Shown one piece after another: positions 40,210 to 51,874 of a stretch of DNA of 64,000 nucleotides. How positions within the stretch are numbered: position 1 is the stretch's first letter; each line of letters opens with the position of its first letter. Below the pieces are notes generated by a model that was given only the letters and a program-made list of their open reading frames with translations, searched no databases and was not told the origin of the DNA. Both the position numbers and the translations under genes were made by a program. This stretch comes from Octopus vulgaris (Eukaryota), in NCBI GenBank assembly GCA_951406725.2, contig OX597814.1, positions 171,926,001 to 171,990,000 on the forward strand. The letters are read 5' to 3'.

Positions 40210-40637
40210 GGATCTTTTCGGTTTGAACGGCAGTTTTTAACATAATTTCTAGGTAACTAAAAAATTTTAAACTTCGTATACTGGTAGAATGTGTTTATAA
40301 AACATCTTTTTCTCTTGGCTTTATTGAGAAAATTCTATAGTTTGTAAGATATTTGTTGTTTTTTTTCTTCAATTTCTGCAATTTCAACCAATCACTGCCG
40401 TCCATTGAGGTAAAAAAAAAAACATTCTGTGCCGTATGAATATGTCCATCGTTTAAGAAACAGATTGGGTTTATTTACATTTGTGAAGAAAAAAAGATAC
40501 CCTTCCCCCCACCCCTAGCCCTAACCCTAACCCTAAAGCAGATTGAAATGCAATAGATCGATACTAGGGTCATAATTATGGGTGACAATTTCATATGACA
40601 CCGCTAGAAAAAACTGCCGTTCAAACCGAAAAGATCC
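40210..40637. mobile_element. Non-autonomous DNA transposon with perfect 29-bp TIRs (Merlin-like)
   Basis: GGATCTTTTCGGTTTGAACGGCAGTTTTT and its reverse complement; GG termini; 8-bp flanks GCAACAGG/GCAGCAGT (6/8); internal (CCCTAA)n. Confidence 0.8.
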
Positions 40638-40941
40638 GCAGCAGTTAAGATACTGTTAACATACTCACTTCGTTGAATGTTTGCAACAAGCAATTACAAA
40701 TATCTGTGTAACGAGAAAAAGGAATAACTTGTTGACCAATATCCTATTCACAACCGGTTAACCTGGGAGACAATCTTGGGTATGTTTCGGTCTTACTAAA
40801 GCTTCCGGGCAATACAAGGATAGTTTTCACTGAACTAGTCGTATGTGTATGTGTATGTGTGTGGTGTGCGTGCTTGTTGTTGTTGGAAGGGAGGGACTAA
40901 TCTTATAACCACGAGAAAAAAGGCTCCAAACTTCCACAGAA

Positions 40942-41320
40942 GCGTAGGAGTGGCTGTGTGGTAAGTAACTTGCTTACGAACCACATAGTTCCGGGTTCAA
41001 TCCCTTCTACCATAGCTTCGAGCCGACCAAAGCCTTGTGAGTAGATTTGGTAGACGGAAACTGAAAGAAGCCCGTCGTATATATGTTTGTATATATGTGT
41101 GTGTGTGTGTATGTATATGTTTGTGTGCCTGTGCTTGCTCCCCCAACATCGTTTGACAATCGATGCTGGTGTGTTTACGTCCCCGTAACTTAGCGGTTCG
41201 GCAAAAGACACCGATAGAATAAGTACTAGGCTTACAAAGAATAAGTCCTGGAGTCGATTTTCTCGACTAAAGGCGGTGCTCCAGCATGGCAACAGTCAAA
41301 TGACTGAAGCAAGTAAAAAA
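40942..41320 (+). mobile_element. SINE family B
   Basis: Family homology, CORE segment partly deleted. Confidence 0.85.
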
Positions 41321-41607
41321 GTAAATAAAAAAAAGATAATGGGCTGACTTTTTGTTTAATTATAGTGTATTTTCTACCTCTCTCTCTGTCTCTCTCTTAC
41401 TTCTCTCTCTCCTTCTCTCTCTCCTTCTCTCTCTCTTTCTCTCTTTCTATTGTTTGGGTTACATTTTAGGAGTACATTACTTTAGAGTTGTTAATCTCGG
41501 TAAACTTCCAATAGTAGCATGAAGGTGTACGCTTGAGGCACGGTTCAATTTTACCTATCTTATCAGTAACTATTGAAGCATGTATTCATCATAATCATTG
41601 TCATTAC

Positions 41608-41639
<32 letters not shown>

Positions 41640-41839
41640 TATCATTATCACCACCATCATCATCATCATTATCACCATCATCATCATCATCATCATCATC
41701 ACCATGTTCATCTTCACTAGCAGTCTCCTAGCGTTAATCTCAGTTCAGAGGTCAATTCAAACAATATGAACGTTTTAACCTTTGTGACAGACAATAAGCA
41801 ATAAGCTCTACCACCAGCAGCAACGGTTCAGGGTAAGAA

Positions 41840-41902
<63 letters not shown>

Positions 41903-42528
41903 TGTTGTTACTAGAAGGGAGGGACTGTTCTTATAGCCACGAGAAAAAAAAGGCTCCAAATCTACCACACAAGCATCAAAATGACGTTAGAAACATGTGA
42001 ATTTATGGTTCCCGACTTCCTTGCAGTTTTGATGGAAAACAGAAGCATATTACCAGAAAGAGAATCTGGTGGAACACTGATAAATTTACTTCCAAAGATG
42101 AGCAATTTTCTATGTGTTGGGTTGGGGCATGCTGAGAAGTAAAAACATATCAGTAAATAAAAAAACAACAGTAAGAACAAGACACCCCCTTTGTCCATTA
42201 TCTTGAAATTCGCTCCTTTCCATAGCTGTAGACGCTCGCCAGTCTGTGTTATACATACATACATACATACTAATAGGCGTACACATACATACATGCACAC
42301 ATACGTACACATACATGTCGGAATCTATATATATATATACATACACACATACATGCACACACACTCACACATACACACGCACATATATAGTCTTCTCTGT
42401 TCAATATTATATTCACAATCTTTTGTATTTTACAATACGTGCTAATTTCCTAGTCTTTAATTAGATACATAATGTATGTAATATGTATATATATATATGT
42501 ATATATATATACATACATATATATATAC

Positions 42529-42573
<45 letters not shown>

Positions 42574-42578
42574 TATAC

Positions 42579-42610
<32 letters not shown>

Positions 42611-42650
42611 ATGTACATATACATATACATATATACATATACATATATAC

Positions 42651-42707
<57 letters not shown>

Positions 42708-42708
<1 letters not shown>

Positions 42709-42886
42709 CGGGAAGCTTTATGAAAATAAACAAAAGACAAAGGCAGGTGGAAAACAAACGAACAATTGTATTAGTATGGCGCTCAGGAAATATAAATAAA
42801 ACAAGTCTTTAACGTTTCGAGCCTACGCTCTTCAACAGAAAGATACACAGAGAGAGAAAAACACAGAAAGAAGGAGAGAAAAAAAA

Positions 42887-42888
<2 letters not shown>
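42708..42888 (-). mobile_element. Family H1 Penelope-like terminal repeat between microsatellites
   Basis: 42806-42843 reverse complement: TCTTT CTGTTGA A GAGC GTAG GCTC GAAAC GT T AAAGA. Confidence 0.65.
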
Positions 42889-42946
<58 letters not shown>

Positions 42947-42952
<6 letters not shown>

Positions 42953-43078
42953 TATATAGAAGGAGCTTCTACAGGACTAGTACTGTTTCATTCAAAAGAA
43001 ATCATCAGGAAGCTTCCTGATGATTTCTTTTGAATGAAACAGTACTAGTCCTGTAGAAGCTCCTTCTATATAATAAAT
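42947..43078. repeat. Perfect 132-bp palindrome (no spacer)
   Basis: Axis within AAG|CTT at 43012/43013; arms complementary base for base. Confidence 0.95.
43011..43061 (+). ncRNA. Type I hammerhead ribozyme motif (mirror copy at 42964-43014 on the minus strand)
   Basis: Stem I AGCTTC/GAAGCT, CTGATGA, stem II T-TTC-TTTT-GAA-T, GAA, stem III ACAG/CTGT with loop TACTAGTC, GUA site (after 43055). Confidence 0.75.
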
Positions 43079-43143
43079 CAATTTACTCTGCTATGTATTG
43101 AGTACCTTATTTACTGTGGTTAACCCCGACTCAACCCGGGACC

Positions 43144-43227
<84 letters not shown>

Positions 43228-43229
<2 letters not shown>

Positions 43230-43460
43230 GTATGTATGTATGTATATGTTTGTATATGTGTGTTTGTCCCCAAACATCGCTTGACAACCGATGCTGGCGT
43301 GTTGTTTACGTCCCCGTAACTTAGTGGTTCAGCAATAGAGAGCGATAGAATAAGTACTAGATTTACAAAGAATAAGTCCTGGGGTCGATTCGCTCGACTA
43401 AAGGCGGTGCTCCAGCATGGCCGCAGTCAAATGACTTGAAACAAGTAAAAGAATAAAAGA
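43228..43460 (+). mobile_element. SINE family B 3' half
   Basis: Family homology starting at its internal microsatellite. Confidence 0.85.
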
Positions 43461-43545
43461 ATATATATATATATATATTTATATATATACAACTTGAGAT
43501 AGGGGTTGTAAATGCAACCCTCTATGGGATAACGTATATCCAATA

Positions 43546-43587
<42 letters not shown>

Positions 43588-43703
43588 CAATTAAGGACAA
43601 CTACTTAATAAGGAAAACTTAGCAAGAAATTGTCAGGTAGATAGCGTAAAAACCTCATAAGAGAAAAAATTTCGAAAATAATTACTTCTTATTGAACATA
43701 TTA

Positions 43704-43888
43704 ATTTATATATAGAGGGCATTATACATACATGCCAGAAGGCATTATATATACATGCCAAACGCTAAGAGGGACAATTAGTCATTTCTACCAAAATGGT
43801 AGAAATGACTAATTGTCCCTCTTAGCGTTTGGCATGTATATATAATGCCTTCTGGCACATGTATGTATAATGCCCTCTATATATAAAT
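43704..43888. repeat. Near-perfect 185-bp palindrome (3-nt loop)
   Basis: Axis CTACCA-AAA-TGGTAG at 43794-43796. Confidence 0.92.
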
Positions 43889-43906
43889 ATATATATATAT
43901 ATATAT

Positions 43907-44287
43907 AACAATGATAAATGTCAGAGCGAGTTATAAACAGTAGCGGTAACACATCGTGATGCATATATGCCATTTGAATATGGCTAACCCATAAGGGTGG
44001 ATGCTACTGTAGTTTGTAGCCCCAGGAAGATATCTCCTCCAGCTGGCTATAGACACACTATCTGTGTCCTGTCAGTATTTGTGAAGGGGAGTCATCCTCC
44101 CGTCTTCAACACATGATACACACGTACCCGAGTTTCAAGGTGTTTACCTTTCATCAGCGTGTGACAATCATGGTTGTCGATGAGAAGTCAGATCCTTTCA
44201 CAAATACATATACTTTTTCCAGTGTCGATTTGACACTGATATTGAAAAAGTGAAATCAAACAATGATAAATCTCAGAGCGAGTTATA
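43907..44287 (-). mobile_element. Terminally redundant 352-nt hammerhead-containing unit in (TA)n (PLE terminal repeat or retrozyme-like)
   Basis: 29-bp direct repeats AACAATGATAAAT(G/C)TCAGAGCGAGTTATA at 43907-43935 and 44259-44287; TA runs on both sides. Confidence 0.72.
44119..44163 (-). ncRNA. Type I hammerhead ribozyme motif, canonical
   Basis: CACACG CTGATGA AAGGT AAAC ACCTT GAAAC TCGG GT A CGTGTG: stem I 6 bp, stem II 5 bp, quasi-palindromic stem III, GUA site. Confidence 0.88.
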
Positions 44288-44374
44288 TATATATATATAT
44301 AAAATAATATATAGATAAATGAATAGATAGATGTACAGTGGTATTTCGGAAGCAGCAGCAGCAGTAATAGCAGC

Positions 44375-44438
<64 letters not shown>

Positions 44439-44708
44439 AAGAAGTTGGAATGTCATTTTTTTCTTTATCATATCTCCAAGACTAAATCAGATTATGAGCG
44501 TTCTTTAGTTTCATTTTATTTTACATATGGCTTATGCAGGGAAGATGGGGGCAGTTGGGTGGGACGGAATAAGTTACTGTAAAACAGGAATCCGAGTCCC
44601 CAAAACTTGTACTAGATATTTAAGGGCCAGCTATTGGTTTCTTTTACCATATATGTTTCCATCGGTCATTTCGTTCACAGTCTCTTTCTCTCTCTTAACC
44701 TACTCTCT

Positions 44709-44773
<65 letters not shown>

Positions 44774-44911
44774 TAGACTTTATAGCCAGAATGAAACCTT
44801 ATTCATCGAATTGACCATCATTGACTGAACTCCACATACCTCACCCAGCACCCGCAATTGCCAGCTCTTCCTACACGAACGACTGTACTTTTTCCACCAA
44901 CCTACAGTATC

Positions 44912-45262
44912 TTATTTCTTTATTGCTCACAAGGGGCTAAACACAAAGGGGACAAACCAGGACAGACAAACGGATTAAGTCGATTACATCGACCCCAGTG
45001 CGTAACTGGTACTTAATTTATCGACCCCGAAACGATGAAAAACAAAGTAACCTTGGCGGAATTTGAACTCAGAACGTAGCGGCTGACGAAATACCTGTTT
45101 CTTTCTTACCCACAAGAGGCTAAACATAGAGGGGACAAACAAGGACAGACAAACGGATTAAGTCGATTACATTGACCCCAGTGCGTAACTGGTACTTAAT
45201 TTATCGACCCGGAAAGAATGAAAGGCAAAATCGACCGCGGCGGAATTTGAACTCAGAATGTA
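44912..45262 (-). mobile_element. SINE family A dimer (5'-truncated)
   Basis: Family homology. Confidence 0.87.
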
Positions 45263-45804
45263 AAAGAGTAATCTGCAGGCAGATGTTTCTTATTTATGGC
45301 TGTTATTATCAATATCTCAGTATCATAGTAAAGGTTTCCAAATTGGTATACACGAGATTTGTTAAAATTACTACATTTCTGAATTAAACACAAACAAATA
45401 AAATCAGGTTTCCAGTCTAATAAATCTATGGTGAGCTTATGCAGTTTATACATACATAGTATGTGAACAAGAATTTTTATCAATGATTATAAACAAAAAC
45501 AAATTCTGTGCAATACTGTTAGCTGAGAATTATTATGCAGATATGGATCTATGAAAATGTGTCTAGAAGTGAGTTACTTGCAGCAAGAGGCAAGCTCAAA
45601 TATCTAATTAAAAATGCAACATATGAAATGAAATTAAATTGATTTTCTATATAAAGTGACGAATGGCAGAGTTGTTACAGTGTTGGGTAAATTGCCTTGC
45701 AGTACGTTGCTCAGCGCTCTGAGTTCGAAACCCACCGGAGTCAAGGATGGTTTTCTGATATCCTATTTGAGGACATCACAATATACGCAAAATATTTTAT
45801 AGAC

Positions 45805-46215
45805 GTGAATGTGTGGTAAGAGGTTTATTTCCAAACTATACGTTTCGTGTTCAGTCACACTGCGTGGTACCTTGCTGAAGTGTCTTCTACTACATTCTTG
45901 GACCTACTAAACCCTTGTGAATGGATTTGGTAGATTGAAAGTGAAGGAAGCCCGTCGTCAATATATATATATATGTGCGTGTGTGTGTGTATGTGTGTGT
46001 GTGTTCTTGTGTTTGTCACCCATCACCGCTTGACAACAGGTGTTGGTGTGTTTACGTCCCCGTAACTTAACGCATCGGCAAAAATAACCGACAGAATAAG
46101 TAACAGGCTTTAAAGAATTGAAATAAGTATTAAGGTCGATTCGTTCGACTAAAAATTCTTCAAGCCAGCTCCCCAGCATGGCCGCAGTCTAGTGGCAGAA
46201 GCAAAGTAAAAGACA
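45805..46215 (+). mobile_element. Diverged SINE family B
   Basis: Family homology. Confidence 0.8.
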
Positions 46216-46409
46216 AGCAGTAAGGTAGGTATTTGCGGGAAGGAGACCCTTGGTTATTTCAATATTTGACTGTTATATTTTATTTACATTTCAAGCAGAC
46301 CTCAGCAGGATTTAAACGCTTTAAATTCAATAAAGTTTGATTTAATTAATGACAAATAATGCATGCCTATACTCTGTCCTATGGTATCTCGCCAGGTTTA
46401 CACTATATT

Positions 46410-46640
46410 TATTTCTTTACTGCCCACAATGGGCTAAACATAGAGGGGACAAACAAGGACAGACAAAGGGATTAAGTCGATTACATCGACCCCGGTGCGA
46501 AACTGGTATTTAATTTATCGACCCCGAAAGGATGAAAGTCAAAGTCGACCTCGGCGGAATTTGAACTCAGAACGTAACGGCAGACGAAATACGGCTACGT
46601 ATTTCGCCCGGCGTGCTAACGTTTCTGCCAGCTCGCCGCC
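46410..46640 (-). mobile_element. SINE family A monomer with TSD
   Basis: TSD CCAGGTT(T/C)ACACTATATT at 46392-46409 and 46644-46661. Confidence 0.92.
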
Positions 46641-46821
46641 TATCCAGGTTCACACTATATTATTCGCACGGAGTACGCCAAAGCTGTAGGATATCATAAA
46701 GGGTTATACCTGAAAGAAAAGTTTGGGAGCCACCTGCACTAGAGCTTTGATTCAGTCCTTTCTTTATGGAAAGGATTTAAAATTAGAGACATACAAAAAG
46801 GCATACATACATTATACATAT

Positions 46822-47125
46822 GTTCTTCTTAATCCTTTTTGCCCCTTGTGGGGCATAGGGCCGGTTTCCCGGTTTCCTTGGCGTATAGGTTTCCCACCTG
46901 GACGGGACACCGGTCCGTTGCAGGTGAGCTGCAAGATGCCGGAGGAAAAAGTAAGAGAAAGTTGTGGCGAAAGAGTCAGTAGAAGTTCGCCATTACCTTC
47001 TGCCGGAGCCGCATGGAGCTTAGGTGTTTCGCTCATAAACACACACATCGCTCGGTCTGAGATTCGAACCTGCGATCCTTCGACCGCGAATCCGCTGCTC
47101 TAACCACTAGGCCATGTTCCTCCAC
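46822..47125 (-). mobile_element. tRNA-Arg-like-headed SINE (family C) with TSD
   Basis: Reverse complement: A-box TGGCCTAGTGG, TCG anticodon-like loop, B-box GGTTCGAATC, then a 200+ nt body; 13-bp TSD ACATTATACATAT at 46809-46821 and 47126-47138. Confidence 0.88.
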
Positions 47126-47171
47126 ACATTATACATATATACATGCATAAATACATCATACATACATTGAT

Positions 47172-47219
<48 letters not shown>

Positions 47220-47588
47220 ATATATATGCACTCAACTCTCTGTTCTGCTATCTATCTATCTATATATCTATCTATTCATCCGTGGATTAAACACTTACCA
47301 CCATCACCTATAATTTACTTCGCATCACCACCTACTACATAGCAATTTATCATTACCGCCTTCCTAAGCAGTAAACGGTAAAGTATTTTTGATGCTAGCT
47401 AAGGGTGGGGCTATACTTCCATTCCCTTCCAAGTATATTTTATGTCATGTCGCCTATTTTATTATTAGTAGACCACACATTCTATTTTTCTCACCCAGTA
47501 TGTTTGTTTTATAGCAGCCACCAACTTCCTGTTATCATCATCTCGATGGTGGTTGATTAACCTTCAACTTCTGAACACTTTTAATACG

Positions 47589-47998
47589 TATTTCTTTACT
47601 ACCCACAAGGGGCTAAACACAGAGGGGACAAACAAGGACAGACAAACGGATTAAATCGATTATATCGACCCCAGTGCGTAACTGGTACTTATTTAATCGA
47701 CCCTGAAAGGATAAAAGGCAAAGTCGACCTCGGTGGAATTTGAACTCAGAACGTAACGGCAGACGAAATACCTATTTCTTTACTACCCACAAGGGGCTAA
47801 ACACAAAGGGACAAACAAGGACAGACAAACGGATTAAATCGATTATATCGACCCCAGTGCGTAACTGGTACTTATTTAATCGACCCTGAAAGGATTAAAG
47901 GCAAAGTCGACCTCGGCGGAATTTGAACTCAGAACGTAACAGCAGACGAAATATGGCTACGTATTTCGCCCGACGTGCTAATGTTTCTGCCAGCTCGT
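47589..47998 (-). mobile_element. SINE family A dimer
   Basis: Family homology; same dimer junction as the other dimers. Confidence 0.9.
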
Positions 47999-48312
47999 CT
48001 TTAATACGAACGAGTGAATGAGGAAACTTGTACTTGCTAGAAGTAACGGCTAAATCTTTCACGAATCGCACGCTACCGTTTTACAAAAGAGAAAGAATTG
48101 GATAACATCACCATAGATACATTTAAAACGAAAAGATAGCCCTAGCTGAAACATCTTTGATGAAAGGTCTGCTCAATCAGGGAGTACTTGGGGTAAAAAG
48201 CAACAACGACTTGTTAGTGTTGCTCACACTATAGTGATCATCTTTAAATTGAAAATTTCAGCATCATTTCAATACGAATACTAACATTAAACTTGAATAT
48301 CATTATTAGCAC

Positions 48313-48480
48313 GGTGAGCTGACCGAATCTTTAGTGTGCCGGGAAAAATAGATTAGCGGCATTTCGTCCGTCTTAACGTTTTGAGTTGAAATTTGCGGCG
48401 GGATCGACTTTGCCTTTCATCCTTTCAGTATCGATAAAATAAGTTCTAGTTGAGCACTGGGGTGGATGTAATCGACTTAA
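48313..48480 (+). mobile_element. Diverged SINE family A
   Basis: Head and core homology. Confidence 0.75.
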
Positions 48481-49254
48481 CTAATCCTGGCTATGGGTAT
48501 AAAAACTGCATCCCTTTGTCAAGCTATGTCGAGCCAGTATGGTAGAGTAAGCTCATCATACCAGTATGATCTGAAGCTCAAATTCACGGCCTTCGCATCA
48601 GACCGTGGTTTGTGGAAAGAACATAAGCCTTCGTCTTGCAGTGGACTGAACATGGGCAATCTAATCTAATCTAATCTTTATATTAGCAACATATACTAAC
48701 TTTTCTCTTACTCACTGTACTGCATCTATGCAGGGACTACACTTCGAAGGCCAACTCGAATTACATTGCGGGCCACTTTAATCACGGAAAGTTTTTTGAG
48801 GGCCGCTTGTATACTTTATGCACTAATAGTTAAAAAATCAAATTACTGAATCAAGAATTTTTCATACTTTACGTTTGTTTAAAATTATCAAATTGTAGGC
48901 TATTGCTTTATTACCACTTACAAATCTTAAATTTATTTTGAACCAAATGTTTTACACAAACAATTTTATTCTGGAATTAGAAACAAATCTTCAAGAAGGT
49001 ATCAAACATACGTAGGCACGCAGACATACGTACGCACACACATACATATACATACATAAGCGATGGGCTTCCACACAGTTTCCGGCACCCTAATTCAATC
49101 ATAAAGCATTGGGCGATCCGGTGTTGCAGTAGAATACACTTGCTCATGGTGCAGCACAGGTAGTAAGAAAACCGAAACCATGTGATTCAGAAGTGAATTT
49201 CAAATATTATCCATGTCAGTGCATAAATATGTTTAATATATCAAGATTGTAAGA

Positions 49255-49640
49255 CGGCGAGCTGGCAGAATCGTTAACCACGCCGTGCGAAATGCTTACC
49301 GGTATTTCGTCTACCTGAGTTCAAATTCCGCCGAAGTCGACTTTGCCTTTCATCCTTTCGGGGTCGATTAAATAAGTGCCAGTTTTGCACTGGGGTCGAT
49401 ATAATCGACTTAATCCCTTTGTCTGTCCTTGTTTGTCCTCTCTGTGTTTAGCCCCTTTTGGGTAGTAAAGAAATAGGTATTTCGTCTGCCGTTACGTTCT
49501 GAGTTTAAATTCCACCGAGGTCGACTTTGCCTTTCATCCTTTCGGGGTCGATAAATTAAATACCAGTCGCGTACTGGGGTTTATCAAATCGAATGGCCCC
49601 TCCCACAAAAATTTCGGTCCTTGTTTCTAGAACAGAAACA
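49255..49640 (+). mobile_element. SINE family A dimer with two different tails and TSD
   Basis: TSD AATATATCAAGATTGT at 49235-49250 and 49641-49656. Confidence 0.9.
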
Positions 49641-50552
49641 AATATATCAAGATTGTCAATATTTTATTAAAGAATTCGTTCTAAACACTTGATACAAATT
49701 AATTGAGATATTTTTGAAGTTTTATCATTAAAAATATAGTTATAAGACATGAAGAATATATTCTGTAAGATATCGCTTGATCTTTCGCTTAATGCCTTCT
49801 GAGGTAATTTAATAGACAGAACTGTGAAAGCTATCGAATGTATGTGTGCGTGTTTGTGTTTGTTTGTGTCTGTGTGTCTATGTTTGTTACTATTTGTACA
49901 TCCAATGCCCTAGCCGTAGTTATTCAAACCATCCACGCATGTGCTACTATCTATATGTCTGTTTTTGTTCTACAAACGGCCGCAGCGATAGTGCATGTCG
50001 CCAAGCCACACCAGGTATCTGCGTTCCCTGTAGGTTCACAATTTCATGATTTGTGTCTCAACCAATAACATCAATGTAAATGAAATGGCCTTCGTCTACT
50101 TTTAGAGTGCACAAGCCTTCGCAATGTAATATTTAATATGGAGTGATGCAAAGCGCAATAGTATATTATGAGTACCATAGAAAACCTTAATTATGATTAC
50201 TAATTACTTCTGTCACTGACATATTTGATGTGAGCATCTTCCAACTGTATAAGGTAGTGAGTACACTTTATAATTTGGTAAAAGAAAAACGTTTAAAAAA
50301 GAAACGAAAATAATTAGAGAAGTTATTAAAAACAGTTTCGTATCAAGAAAATTGACATGACCATGTGCTTACAACAGTAACAACCAAACGTAAACCAAAC
50401 AAGTAGTGTGACTGAGATATGAATAGTAACAGCTCTCTTAAACTTCCTTTTTGAAGGAAGAAAAGTGTAAAGTTTGACAGAGTACGCGTTAATTACAAGC
50501 ATTTCACTTTAAAGTAGAAAACAACAGGTGCATATGGAAAATATCAACCATA

Positions 50553-50990
50553 GGCGCAGGAGTGACTGTGTGGTAAGTAGCTTGCTTACGAACCACATGG
50601 TTCCGGGTTCAGTTCCACTGCGTGGCACCTTAGGCAAGTGTCTTCTACTATAGCCTTGGGCCAACCAAAGCCTTGTGTGAGTGGATTTGATAGACGGAAA
50701 CTGAAAGAAGCCCATCGTATATATATATATATATACACACACACACTCATATATATATATGTGTGTGTGTGTGTTTGTGTGTGCATATGTTTGTGTGTGT
50801 GTGTGTCTCCCCAACATCGCTTGACAACCGATGCTGGTGTGTTTACGTCCCCGAAACTTAGCGGCTCGGCAAAAGAGACCGATATATTAAGTACTAGGCT
50901 TACAAAGAATAAGTCCTGGGGTCGATTTGCTCGACTAAAGGCGGTGCTCCAGCATGGCCGCAGTCAAAATGAGTGAAACAAGTAAAAGAG
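50553..50990 (+). mobile_element. SINE family B, full length
   Basis: Family homology. Confidence 0.9.
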
Positions 50991-51566
50991 TATAAGTCTC
51001 ATTATAATTATAAGATTAAATTAAATTTATTTCTTACAATACAATAGCTAGTCAAAATCTAATATAAACAGTATTTTTCTAATACGCATACTAATGCGGA
51101 TAAGATTAACTATACACAGTTGAATACAACTGCATTGTTAATCAAAACTCTTTTAGTATAAAATAACCAACACCTATAGTGAAGTTGCTTCTGACACAGA
51201 TTTAGCAGAACTGTCAGGTAAGTATGAAACAATATAACAAAACTATCAGCCTACTGAGAAATCATGTAAACAGTTGCTGGAAAATTTATGCAGAGAACAA
51301 GAATTTTTCACTTAATAAAACATTTTCGCAGAATTCTGACATGCAAACCACATTTTACTAACTTTAACTGTTCAATGTCCTCATTCATTTTGTTAAAATT
51401 TCCTGGCAGAACTCTCCTTCATAATTCTAGAATCGCAAATTATTTGTAAATAGGAATATGCCATTCTTAGCTAACTTTGATCCAATAACTGCAATTTGTG
51501 TTGACTGTATTACAACGAAGACTTAGCAGCTTCGGGAAAAGTCGGTATATATATTTGGTGCATGAA

Positions 51567-51789
51567 GGCGGCGAGCTGGCAGAATCGTTAGCACACCGGG
51601 CGAAATGTGCACAGCCGTATTTCGTCTGCCGTTACGTTCTGAGTTCAAATTTCGCCGAGGTCGACTTTGCCTTTCATCCTTTCGGGTTCGATAAATTAAG
51701 TACCAGTTACGCAATGAGGTCGATGTAATCGACTTAATCCGTTTGTCTGTCCTTGTTTGTCCCCTTTGTGTTTATCCCCTTGTGGGTAG

Positions 51790-51792
<3 letters not shown>
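51567..51792 (+). mobile_element. SINE family A running into (TA)n
   Basis: Family homology. Confidence 0.9.

Positions 51793-51874
<82 letters not shown>

Noticed and set aside
40514-40537. Interstitial telomere
   Set aside because: Only 4 units, internal to a TIR element
47050-47125. tRNA-Arg(TCG) gene
   Set aside because: No proper acceptor stem; continues into a SINE body bounded by TSDs
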